Of a stretch of 64,000 bases of DNA, positions 54,134 through 63,159 are shown one piece after another. Origin of the DNA: an uncultured Candidatus Nitrosopumilus sp. (GTDB lineage: Archaea > Thermoproteota > Nitrososphaeria > Nitrososphaerales > Nitrosopumilaceae); contig CAJQSE010000009.1 in the NCBI GenBank assembly GCA_905612485.1, positions 20,193 through 84,192 on the forward strand, read 5' to 3'. The position numbers were made by a program, and so were the translations under genes. The first letter of the stretch is position 1. Every line of letters begins with the position of its first letter. The notes under the pieces were generated by a model that had not been told where the DNA came from, did no database searches, and saw nothing but the letters and a program-made list of their open reading frames with translations.

Positions 54134-54994
54134 TTATTTTTTGCTTTGAGTAGGGTTGTTTAGTTTTTTTGATTTACTTTGAGTAGGGTTGTTTAGTTTT
54201 TTTGATTTACTTTGAGTAGATAATTTTTTGTAAAGATTGTAGGCTTGTTCAACATTAGAATTACCATGAATAATTGATCTTGCTGCTTGAATCATTGCAA
54301 CAGGGTGTTCAGATTGCCAAATATTTCGACCCATATCAACACCTACTGCACCAGCCTTGATTGCATTGTAAGTTAATTGTAATGCATCACGTTCAGGAAT
54401 TTTTTTTCCTCCTGCAACAATAATTGGGACAGGGCAAGATTGAACAACTTTTTCAAAATTATCACAATAATATGTTTTAACAATATGGGCACCTTGTTCT
54501 GCAGCAATTCTACATGCTAATGAAAGATATCTAGCATCCTTACCTAATTCTTTACCAACTGCAGTAACAGCTAAAACAGGCATTCCGTATCTTTCCGCCT
54601 CACTAACTAATTTTCCTAAATTTACAATAGTTTGATATTCATATTTTGAACCAACAAAGATAGACATTGCAACAGCACTTGCATTTAGACGAATTGCATC
54701 TTCTAAAGAAACTGTAATATCTTCTTGAGATAAATCATCACCAATAATACTTGAACCACCAGATACTCTCAATACCATTGGAGTATCAGAAGTTGCAGGT
54801 ACAGATGTTCTTTGAACTCCTCGTGTAACCATTAAAGAATCACAATATTTTAGAAGTGGGGCAACTACTTTGTTTGGTTCTTCTAGTTTTTCAGTTGGAC
54901 CAAGAAAATAACCATGATCCACTGCTAACATTAATGCTCGATTATCATGTGATTTGATAATTCTAGATAATCTATTTTTTAATCCCCAATCCAT
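54134..54994 (-). CDS. lsrF: LsrF-like class I aldolase/thiolase (DhnA family)
   Basis: MDWGLKNRLSRI, LAVDHGYF.GP, VKTYY, AGG, DMGRNIWQ. Confidence 0.85.
   Translation of the reverse strand: MDWGLKNRLSRIIKSHDNRALMLAVDHGYFLGPTEKLEEPNKVVAPLLKYCDSLMVTRGVQRTSVPATSDTPMVLRVSGGSSIIGDDLSQEDITVSLEDAIRLNASAVAMSIFVGSKYEYQTIVNLGKLVSEAERYGMPVLAVTAVGKELGKDARYLSLACRIAAEQGAHIVKTYYCDNFEKVVQSCPVPIIVAGGKKIPERDALQLTYNAIKAGAVGVDMGRNIWQSEHPVAMIQAARSIIHGNSNVEQAYNLYKKLSTQSKSKKLNNPTQSKSKKLNNPTQSKK
54144..54219. repeat. 33-bp tandem duplication encoding TQSKSKKLNNP x2
   Basis: Perfect units at 54144 and 54177, partial at 54210. Confidence 0.95.
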
Positions 54995-55040
54995 ATTGCT
55001 TCGATTTTGAAATAAAAAAAATACCTTTCTTAAGCCTTTC

Positions 55041-56069
55041 TTATTTAGTAATGATAATTTTCATTGCATTATCACCACTCTTAGCATGATCAAAGGCTTT
55101 TTGAGAATCAGAAATTGAATAAGTGTGAGTGATTAGTTGTTTTACATCAATTTGAGATGATTCAATTAACTCAAGTGCATCTTTAGTATCAACATCAGAG
55201 GCAGCATAACTTGTAACAAGAGTAATTTCTTTAGAGTAAACTTTACTTATATCTAAATTAATAATAGCACCTTTGGATGGTACACCAAACATCATTACAG
55301 TTCCTCCTTTTCGAACCATATCAATTGCATCTTCAAGAGCCTTAAGACTACTAGTAGCAACTATAGCAATATCTACACCCAAATTATTAGTTTGAGATAA
55401 AATTTTTTCTTTACGATTTTCATCCATTGAAGATATAGATTCAGAAATATCAAATTTTTTTGCAAAATCTAATCTAAAATCATTTACATCAAAACAAAAA
55501 ATTTTAGAAAACTTTTTTGCTTGTGCAAGCATCACATGCATCATTCCAGTTGGACCAACTCCAAAAATTGCAACAGAATCACCTTCTTGGTACGGACATT
55601 TTTTCCAAGATCTAACACAACATGCCAAAGGTTCAATCATAGCAGCCTCTTCAAAACTTAATGAATCAGAAATTTTTAAAACACCGCCATGAGAAACATT
55701 CCATGCAGGGACAACATATTCTTCAGATAAACCACAAGGTGATAAATTAGTTTCAGAATATTTTTTACACATTGTTTCATTACCGTGATTACAAAAATGA
55801 CAATCATAACAAGAAACATGATGATGAGTAAACACTCTATCTCCTTTTTTGAAATTAATTACATCAGAAGCAGTATCTAAAATTATTCCCGCAGGTTCAT
55901 GACCAAGACGCATTGAAGGTTGGCCATATTGACCAAATACTTTTTCTAAATCAGAACCACAAATACCACATGCATGCATCTGAACCAGAATATCACCAGA
56001 ATTCAAAACTGGTTTTTGAATTTCCTCAACAGAAATAATAGAGGGGCCTTTAACTGAAGCAGTTTTCAT
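55041..56069 (-). CDS. Zinc-dependent alcohol dehydrogenase (sorbitol/threonine DH-like)
   Basis: CGICGSD, GHE, CxxCxxC..C structural Zn, GVGPTG. Confidence 0.93.
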   Translation of the reverse strand: MKTASVKGPSIISVEEIQKPVLNSGDILVQMHACGICGSDLEKVFGQYGQPSMRLGHEPAGIILDTASDVINFKKGDRVFTHHHVSCYDCHFCNHGNETMCKKYSETNLSPCGLSEEYVVPAWNVSHGGVLKISDSLSFEEAAMIEPLACCVRSWKKCPYQEGDSVAIFGVGPTGMMHVMLAQAKKFSKIFCFDVNDFRLDFAKKFDISESISSMDENRKEKILSQTNNLGVDIAIVATSSLKALEDAIDMVRKGGTVMMFGVPSKGAIINLDISKVYSKEITLVTSYAASDVDTKDALELIESSQIDVKQLITHTYSISDSQKAFDHAKSGDNAMKIIITK

Positions 56070-56106
56070 GGTAAGATGTTAAAAAATTGGGTATAAGTAG
56101 ATTAAA

Positions 56107-56400
56107 TCAGACGCCGAGAATCTTTTTCAACATTACTCTATAATCAACTTCTATTTTTTCACTTCCAGCTGCAGGTAATGCAAAAACAAGAGTAGATTTT
56201 TTTGCTCTAAGTGTAGTTAATTCATCATTAATTGATGCTGTAATATCATCACTGACTAGGACCAAACCAACATCAGAATCATCAGTTAGTTTTGTAATTT
56301 CGGTTAAAGCCTTATCAGGAGTTTCAGAAATTATGCCAGGAATTCCTGCTAATTGGAAACTGGTTACAAATGATTTACTGCCAACAGTAAATATTTTCAT
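56107..56400 (-). CDS. atpF: A/V-type ATP synthase subunit F
   Basis: VG....SFQLAGI, C-terminal KKILGV. Confidence 0.88.
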   Translation of the reverse strand: MKIFTVGSKSFVTSFQLAGIPGIISETPDKALTEITKLTDDSDVGLVLVSDDITASINDELTTLRAKKSTLVFALPAAGSEKIEVDYRVMLKKILGV

Positions 56401-56488
56401 AGTTGAAATTTTGTGTATTGTAATTTAATCCTTTTTGGAAGGCAGTAGATCAGGAAAGATTGATTTACTTTAGAAAATTAGTGGAATT

Positions 56489-56785
56489 ATGACAGAAATC
56501 GATACACAAAAAGAGATCTATTTGTTCCTACATGGACAAATGGATCTTAAAGAAAAAGCAATGAATGCTCTAATTTCAAAGGGATTCACAAATGAAAAAG
56601 TCATAATGGCATTACCAACAAAGGTTGGAAGTGTTGGAGATTACATGGCAATGTTGTGGATGCCACCAAATCCAGATCACATAAAAATTCAGCAAATTAC
56701 TAAAGTTGATGAAGTAGAACCAGAAGGAATGGTGGGTCTTTGGAAAGGAGTTTCAAAAGACGATATAGATACAGTTCAGCTATAA
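56489..56785 (+). CDS. Conserved hypothetical protein
   Basis: 98-aa ORF, plus-strand codon bias. Confidence 0.75.
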   Translation: MTEIDTQKEIYLFLHGQMDLKEKAMNALISKGFTNEKVIMALPTKVGSVGDYMAMLWMPPNPDHIKIQQITKVDEVEPEGMVGLWKGVSKDDIDTVQL

Positions 56786-56789
56786 TTCG

Positions 56790-57041
56790 TCAACTAAATC
56801 CAGCACCAAAATCAGTGCCTTTTTCTAACATGTCGCTGGAATCTGAACTTTTTAATTTTCTATAAAGTAATGTTTCATAAACAAGTTTAATTGCTTCCTC
56901 GTCGTCAACATCACAATCAGACTTGATTTGATCCTTGTATTTTTCTAATTTTGCAAGATCCTGTTCATCTAAAGAGATATTGTCATGCACCATAATATTT
57001 GCAATTTTTTCTATTTCTAAATTTAATTTTTCATCATCCAT
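56790..57041 (-). CDS. Acidic hypothetical protein
   Basis: 83-aa ORF ending FGAGFS. Confidence 0.75.
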   Translation of the reverse strand: MDDEKLNLEIEKIANIMVHDNISLDEQDLAKLEKYKDQIKSDCDVDDEEAIKLVYETLLYRKLKSSDSSDMLEKGTDFGAGFS

Positions 57042-57089
57042 ATGATTTAATTAAATTTCGACTTAATAACACATTCTAGTAATAAATAA

Positions 57090-57392
57090 TTATAAATCAG
57101 AAATTAAACCAAATAGAAAATCAGAAAATTCATCATCAGAAAAAATAATTTGTTCAACCTTATTTTCATGTTTAGCAAATTGAATAGAATCTAAATGATA
57201 GCAAGAAGTCTTACCATTTATGGACCCAAAGTAATAACCAGGACAAGAACAAAAATAACCATCAGGATCAACCCAATGTTCCTCTCCTTTTCCTACCACA
57301 GTCCAAATTTTTCTTTGACTAGGCTCAAAAAGATGTAGTTTTACACGTTTTTCAGAAACTAATAATTCAATTCGATCAGGATCTTTACTCAT
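57090..57392 (-). CDS. SWIM zinc-finger protein
   Basis: CSC...CYH. Confidence 0.82.
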   Translation of the reverse strand: MSKDPDRIELLVSEKRVKLHLFEPSQRKIWTVVGKGEEHWVDPDGYFCSCPGYYFGSINGKTSCYHLDSIQFAKHENKVEQIIFSDDEFSDFLFGLISDL

Positions 57393-57475
57393 ACTAACTA
57401 ATCACATATCACAGGTATAACCTTGATGTTTTAAAATAATAATTTTTCAAAAGAATAATTAAATTTTAAAAATAA

Positions 57476-57672
57476 TCATTCAAATTCATCATAAGGTTCA
57501 ATTGGTTCTCTAGTAGTATGATTATCTTTCAACCATTCTAAAGTTTTAACAAAAGAATCTGCAAGTTCAATAGTTGTTAAAACAGGGATTCCCAATTCTA
57601 AAGACTTTCGTCTAATTTGATATTCATCATCTAACATTCCAACATATTTTTCTAATGTTAAAGTGCTTGGAA
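57476..57672 (-). pseudogene. carB: Orphan 3' fragment of carbamoyl-phosphate synthase large subunit (MGS domain tail)
   Basis: IPSTLTLEKYVGMLDDEYQIRRKSLELGIPVLTTIELADSFVKTLEWL...*; matches the CarB C-terminal D.Y.IRR.A...GIP..TT pattern; begins inside the cdvC last codons. Confidence 0.8.
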
Positions 57673-58851
57673 TTCTTCACTCCATTTGTGATATGCACGA
57701 ATCATTTCAAGGGAAACACTTGGTTTTCTTCGAGACATGATATTCTTGAAATCATCTGTAGTTAGATCCCTTGGTTGGATTGGCTCTTCACCTTCAATAG
57801 GTTCATGATAGTCAGGAGAATCAAAAATTTCATGGACAGTTTTAATTTGTGCTGCTTGACAAACATCTTTAATATCACTTGCACTATATCCATCAAATAG
57901 TTTTGCTAGTTCACCATTACTTATACTGAGATTTTTGTTCAATGGTGCAGTGTATTGTTCAAACAGATTTTCTCTAGCAGCTTGCGTTGGAAGGTTAACA
58001 TAAATTCTTTTTTGGAATCTTCTAAGAAAAGGGGAATCAAGACTCCAGGGTTTATTAGTTGCACCAATTACATAAAGCATTAATTGTTTTCCTTTTCCAT
58101 TTACACCATCCATTTCAGTAAGGAATTGATTTTTGGTTCTAACTTCACCACCAACTTCACTGCTTCTAGCACCAAGAAGAGAATCAACTTCATCTACAAA
58201 TAAAATAACAGGTTTACCTTCTTTCTCAGTATACTTTCTTGCCATAGTAAATAATTTTGAAACATTTTTTTCTGCTTCTCCTAACCACTTACTCATTAAA
58301 GATGATGCATCAACATTAATGAAATATCCATCCATTTCATTTGCAGTTGCAGCTGCTAGCATAGTTTTTCCAGTGCCGGGCGGACCATAGAGCAACATAC
58401 CTTTTGGCCAACCTAAAGGAAATAGATCAGGTCGTTTAGTAGGATAAACAATAGATTCACGTAATGCACTTTTTGCTTCATCCAACCCAATTACTTGGTC
58501 CCAAGTTACATTAGGTTTTTCTTTCATAACAAGATCTTCAAAATCATTTTCATTTTCTTGTCTTTTTACAGATGCTTTTTGTTCAGATTCAGAAGCCTTA
58601 GGATCTACTGCAGGCTCTACACCGTGAGATTGTTGTAAGGCTCCAATTCTATTATGATATGAATTACATCTCTCTTTGTAAATTGTATTTAATTTACTAT
58701 TTGGATATAATTGTAATAACTTTACAAGTGAATCAATTGCATGCTGGTAATGAGTAATAGCCATACCACGTGCACCTTGAGAATCAAATTTGATTGCTTC
58801 AGAAGCATATTTGCTTGCAGTGTTTTCTAATTCTTGTGGTGCTAAACTCAT
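57658..58851 (-). CDS. cdvC: Vps4/CdvC AAA ATPase with MIT domain
   Basis: N-terminal MIT helices, GPPGTGKT, SKWLGE, VDEVD, ATNKPW, RRFQKR. Confidence 0.95.
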   Translation of the reverse strand: MSLAPQELENTASKYASEAIKFDSQGARGMAITHYQHAIDSLVKLLQLYPNSKLNTIYKERCNSYHNRIGALQQSHGVEPAVDPKASESEQKASVKRQENENDFEDLVMKEKPNVTWDQVIGLDEAKSALRESIVYPTKRPDLFPLGWPKGMLLYGPPGTGKTMLAAATANEMDGYFINVDASSLMSKWLGEAEKNVSKLFTMARKYTEKEGKPVILFVDEVDSLLGARSSEVGGEVRTKNQFLTEMDGVNGKGKQLMLYVIGATNKPWSLDSPFLRRFQKRIYVNLPTQAARENLFEQYTAPLNKNLSISNGELAKLFDGYSASDIKDVCQAAQIKTVHEIFDSPDYHEPIEGEEPIQPRDLTTDDFKNIMSRRKPSVSLEMIRAYHKWSEEFQAL

Positions 58852-58856
58852 ATCAA

Positions 58857-59351
58857 TTACCTTGTGTTATGTCCTGAAGAATTTTGTTGGTATTCTACTG
58901 GGTTAATCTCTGTCACAAAATTGGTTAAATTAATTCCACTCGTTTGGGCACGATCATATTCAGGACCATCACAATATTTTTTTTGAAAATCAGATTTTTT
59001 ATCAATATGGGCGTGTAAATCTTTCACTTTGTTAATAGAATCTTCAGCTGAAAGAATTAATTCAGAAATTTCATCATCCAAATTATCCATAGAATCAGCA
59101 GTTTCAGTAATTACAGTGGTAAAATGTTTTAAAATTGAGCACATTTCTTTTTTATTAGCATATTTTGTGAGCATAAAATCAGCAATTCCTGCAATTTTAT
59201 CTAAATCCTGTAATTCATCTAAAGTTAATTTAGTAATTTTTTCATTATCAGAAGGTTTTATTTCAGATAGTTTTTTGTCAATAATAGAAGAAAGAGAACG
59301 AATACGTTCAATATCTTTTAAAAAACCATATTTAGAATTAAGCATAATCAA
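58857..59351 (-). CDS. Coiled-coil hypothetical protein in cdvC operon
   Basis: Helical heptad pattern; overlaps upstream stop, ends 5 nt before cdvC. Confidence 0.7.
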   Translation of the reverse strand: MIMLNSKYGFLKDIERIRSLSSIIDKKLSEIKPSDNEKITKLTLDELQDLDKIAGIADFMLTKYANKKEMCSILKHFTTVITETADSMDNLDDEISELILSAEDSINKVKDLHAHIDKKSDFQKKYCDGPEYDRAQTSGINLTNFVTEINPVEYQQNSSGHNTR

Positions 59352-59911
59352 GTATTGAATAATTTAGAAAAATCAACAAGAGGATACTGCTTATTTAATT
59401 TAGAGTCAGCCATCAATTTTACTTCATCAAGTAATATTGTAGATATATGATTGGATTTACTGAAATCAAAACGTGCTTTAGTTAGAGCAGCAGAATCCAA
59501 TATAATACTACCAAGATGTACAGATAATTCAGATAGTTTTTGACTGTACATAGGAAAAAACACAAATAATTTTGCACTAGTATTTCTAATCATAGGAATA
59601 GAAGAAGGAAGAATTTCAGAAATACTATTAATTCCAGATATAGATCCAATTTGATTTTTAATTTTAAGCAATATTTCTAAAGAATAAACCACTAGATGTT
59701 CCAATTTAATATTTTTAAGATGTGATTGATCATTTTTATCAAAATCTGTAACAAGGTGTTGATGGATATTTTTTAATTCAAATCTTTTCTCTTGAAGAAT
59801 TTTAATTATATCATTAAGTAAATTAACAGAATAATTCAATCGGGGGACTAGAGTTACAGAATGAGAAGCATTTTCAGATTCTATCGTGTCAATATCATAA
59901 TTAACTAACAT
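59348..59911 (-). CDS. Divergent CdvB/ESCRT-III-like protein
   Basis: LE.L..I...I..I.G...I..ILP....IR..S..L....P.....L.EL...LG.I and ILLDEVKLMADSKLNKQYP resemble the CdvB core and C-terminus; upstream of cdvC. Confidence 0.65.
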   Translation of the reverse strand: MLVNYDIDTIESENASHSVTLVPRLNYSVNLLNDIIKILQEKRFELKNIHQHLVTDFDKNDQSHLKNIKLEHLVVYSLEILLKIKNQIGSISGINSISEILPSSIPMIRNTSAKLFVFFPMYSQKLSELSVHLGSIILDSAALTKARFDFSKSNHISTILLDEVKLMADSKLNKQYPLVDFSKLFNT

Positions 59912-59946
59912 GTCATATTATTGAGATAGATTTTGTATTTGAGGAC

Positions 59947-59981
59947 GGTGTAACAATAATTTTCGTAACCACGGTGACACC
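59947..59981. promoter_or_regulatory. Inverted repeat / candidate operator between the cdv operon and trmB
   Basis: ggtgtaac-N19-gtgacacc with internal gtaacc-ac-ggtgac near-palindrome. Confidence 0.5.
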
Positions 59982-60070
59982 CATCAACAGATACAATTTT
60001 GATTTTTTTTGAGCATTTGTGTAAAGGAATTTAGCTCTCAATTTTACCTAATAACAAATCTAGTAAAAAT

Positions 60071-61231
60071 ATGGTAAATGAACAAGTATTAACAGTAAGT
60101 TTAGAGGAATTTGGACTTAGCAAATATGAATCTCAAGCATATGTAGCGTTAATTTCCAAAGGAACCATATCAGCAAGTGAATTAGCATATTATTCAAAGA
60201 TACCTAGAACAAAAATTTACCCAACATTATTAAAATTAGAAAATAAAAAACTGGTCATAATTTCAAAAAGTAAACCAATCATGTGTACTGCAATTTCTCC
60301 AGAAGATGCTTTTGATGGAGTAATTCATGAACAAATTAACAAAGTTAATGCCATGAACACATTGGTATCTAACTTAAAAAAAACAAGTGAAGAAAGTAGA
60401 AAATCAAGAGGTTCAGAAGAAAAAAGGTATTTTCACATTAGTGCAAACAAAGTTTTGACTCAACTTCAAATAATGATTGATGGTTCAAAATCATCAATTA
60501 AAATAATGACAGATCAAGGAGGTTTAGGATTATTAGCAGAATGTAAAGAACAATTGTTAAGGGCAGTACGAAGGAATTTAGATGTGAAATTAATTATTCC
60601 ATCATCACAAATTTGTTCAGAAACATATAGAACAATACCAGATGGAGTAGAAATTAAAACATCAGAGATTATTCAAAATTCTTTCATTTTTGATGAAACA
60701 GAATTATTAATGGTGAATAACGATAATGGAAAAGGTGCAATTTTTTCATCAACAGAGATTTTAGGAATTAATCAGGAGAAAGTATTTACAAATATTTGGA
60801 AAAATTCAATTAAAACTAAAGTTGTTGCAGATATGACAAAAGTAGAAGCACATGAAATTTATAAAATTATTAAAATTATCAACGAATCAGGATTAATGCA
60901 TATTCTAAATTCTACAATGTTATCAAAAAAACCAGAATTAGATATGATAAAATTATTAGAAAAAAATGGAATTAATTTAAAAACAAAATCACTGAATGAC
61001 GTGATTGAAATAATTGATGCAATTATACAAATTACATGTTCAGGACACGTTAATTTTGAAGCAAATACAAAAAATATAACTATAGATTCAAAACTAAATA
61101 GTGGTCATTCATTACCATGGGTTTCAATTTTAGATGAGTATTTACAAAAACAAGGTTACAAAACAAGAACAGTGTATCAAAATAACTCTAGCAGAGGAGA
61201 AAAAGTGCACATCAAAATAAGTAAAAATTAA
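60071..61231 (+). CDS. TrmB family transcriptional regulator
   Basis: FGLSKYESQAYVAL, IPRTKIY wHTH; PLD-like effector domain. Confidence 0.9.
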   Translation: MVNEQVLTVSLEEFGLSKYESQAYVALISKGTISASELAYYSKIPRTKIYPTLLKLENKKLVIISKSKPIMCTAISPEDAFDGVIHEQINKVNAMNTLVSNLKKTSEESRKSRGSEEKRYFHISANKVLTQLQIMIDGSKSSIKIMTDQGGLGLLAECKEQLLRAVRRNLDVKLIIPSSQICSETYRTIPDGVEIKTSEIIQNSFIFDETELLMVNNDNGKGAIFSSTEILGINQEKVFTNIWKNSIKTKVVADMTKVEAHEIYKIIKIINESGLMHILNSTMLSKKPELDMIKLLEKNGINLKTKSLNDVIEIIDAIIQITCSGHVNFEANTKNITIDSKLNSGHSLPWVSILDEYLQKQGYKTRTVYQNNSSRGEKVHIKISKN

Positions 61232-61257
61232 AATCAGGACTAAAAAAGATCAATATA

Positions 61258-61713
61258 TTGATTGAAGAAAAAATAAAGTCATTAGAAATAACATTACCAA
61301 ATCCACCCACACCAGCAGGATCATATATTCCAGCAATAAAAACAGGGAATTTACTATTTATTTCGGGTCAAATTCCAATGGAAAATGGTAAAGTTTTATT
61401 CACAGGAAAAGTAACTGACAATAATTTAGAAACAGCCCAAAAAGCAGCAAGAATGTGTGCAATCAATCTTTTAGCTCAAATGAAAAGAGAACTAGGTAGT
61501 TTAGACAAAGTTAAAAAAATTGTCAGATTATCAGGATTCGTAAATTCAGATGCAGAGTTTTATCAACACCCCAAAGTAATTAATGCAGCTTCAGATCTAT
61601 TCTTTGAAATATTTGGAGATAAAGGAAAACATTCAAGAATCGCAGTAGGTGTTGCATGTTTACCATTAAATTCAATGACTGAAATTGATGCAGTAATTGA
61701 ATTTTCAGAATAA
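61258..61713 (+). CDS. RidA/YjgF family protein
   Basis: LFISGQIP, NAASDL, HSRIAVG, EIDA. Confidence 0.92.
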   Translation: MIEEKIKSLEITLPNPPTPAGSYIPAIKTGNLLFISGQIPMENGKVLFTGKVTDNNLETAQKAARMCAINLLAQMKRELGSLDKVKKIVRLSGFVNSDAEFYQHPKVINAASDLFFEIFGDKGKHSRIAVGVACLPLNSMTEIDAVIEFSE

Positions 61714-61751
61714 AGAAAAATAATTTTAAAATAAAAAATTAAGTAAAAATA

Positions 61752-62816
61752 TTATTTTATTTTTTTATTTAATTCGGTAATGAATTTCTTAATTTTTAGT
61801 TTTGGAACTACAGCACCACATGCTTTATCATGTCCACCACCGGAGCCACCAAGACTTGTAGCTAAAAGATTAACAATTTTACCCAAATGAACTTTACAAT
61901 TTTTAGAACCTCTAACTGAAACAGCATAGATCCCATGATCAATTCTTTCTTTGTATGCAACTCCAACATCTTTTCCAGATAATCCCATCACAAAATTTAC
62001 GGCACCACTTGCACCAGAATCTAATATCTCCATATAGCCAAGATTAGTCATTGTTTTCATACCTTTTTTGACTTTAGCAATTATTTGAGATAATTTCTCC
62101 ACCTGAATTTGAGCAAATTCAAAAGTATTTGGAATATCATGAGGGAATTTAGAATCGGATAATTCTTCAACTAAATATTGGAGATAATCAGGTTCTCTTT
62201 GATGTCCAACAATATTGTAAGTCAGCACAGTTGCACTAATCAAAGCAAATTGTCGGTCATAAATTTGAAGTAATTTGGAACCTAGAGGTCTATCTTCCAT
62301 GTAATCAGTAATGGCAGCACATGTTGCAACAAAAGAAGCATGATCATTTAATTTTGATTTGTATGCAGCATAAACTTGAACAGTAGTGCATTCGTTAATA
62401 TCATGGATGACTTTAACTTTGAGTTTTTCCAAAGCAGTTACAACAGTTGGATCAATATCATGATGATCAATGTAAGTTATTGAAACTTTATTTTTTCTCA
62501 GTCTACTCATTATATCAATAAATTCATCTTGTGTTTTTTTACTCAAACCCAAATCACAAATGAATAAAGATTTCAATTTTTCATCCAGTACAACTTGGTT
62601 TAATGATTCCATTTGACCAGGATAATCTACCAACATAGAATCACCACCAAAAGCTTGTCGAATTAATGCAGCAGAACTAATTCCATCACAATCTTCCTTG
62701 TGTGAAATACAAATTATTTTAGTTCGTTGTGATTTAGTTACTTTTTTAGCTGATGTTTTTTTAGTTACTTTTTTAGCTGATGTTTTTTTAATAATTTTAT
62801 TTTTAGATACTACCAA
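61752..62816 (-). CDS. DHH/DHHA1 phosphoesterase
   Basis: HKEDCDG, DHH, GGGHDKACG; Lys-rich repeated N-terminus. Confidence 0.9.
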   Translation of the reverse strand: MVVSKNKIIKKTSAKKVTKKTSAKKVTKSQRTKIICISHKEDCDGISSAALIRQAFGGDSMLVDYPGQMESLNQVVLDEKLKSLFICDLGLSKKTQDEFIDIMSRLRKNKVSITYIDHHDIDPTVVTALEKLKVKVIHDINECTTVQVYAAYKSKLNDHASFVATCAAITDYMEDRPLGSKLLQIYDRQFALISATVLTYNIVGHQREPDYLQYLVEELSDSKFPHDIPNTFEFAQIQVEKLSQIIAKVKKGMKTMTNLGYMEILDSGASGAVNFVMGLSGKDVGVAYKERIDHGIYAVSVRGSKNCKVHLGKIVNLLATSLGGSGGGHDKACGAVVPKLKIKKFITELNKKIK

Positions 62817-62863
62817 TATATTATCAAATTATAGATACCCTCATTTAAATGGAGAAAACAGAA

Positions 62864-63043
62864 TTAAGATTTTTTAATACTAGGAGGAATCAAAGAATCA
62901 GAATTAATATAGATATGATAAAATGATTCACCATCAAGTTGAGTCTGATAATCAATTTTCTGAATTTTTTCTAATTCTTCAGGGGAAGCATTTAAGACCA
63001 ATTCATCTAATTGTCGTAAATTTTTACGCTCTTCAGTATTCAT
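62864..63043 (-). CDS. 59-aa hypothetical protein
   Basis: MNTEERKNLRQLDELVLNASPEELEKIQKIDYQTQLDGESFYHIY...*. Confidence 0.6.
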   Translation of the reverse strand: MNTEERKNLRQLDELVLNASPEELEKIQKIDYQTQLDGESFYHIYINSDSLIPPSIKKS

Positions 63044-63159
63044 TAATTTTTAATTAGAAATTTTCATTTATGAACAAAAGTTGCCATATTAGACTAATTA
63101 CTAAATTTACTATCACAATTTTAGAGAAAATATAATAGAACAATTTTGATAGGCTCAAT

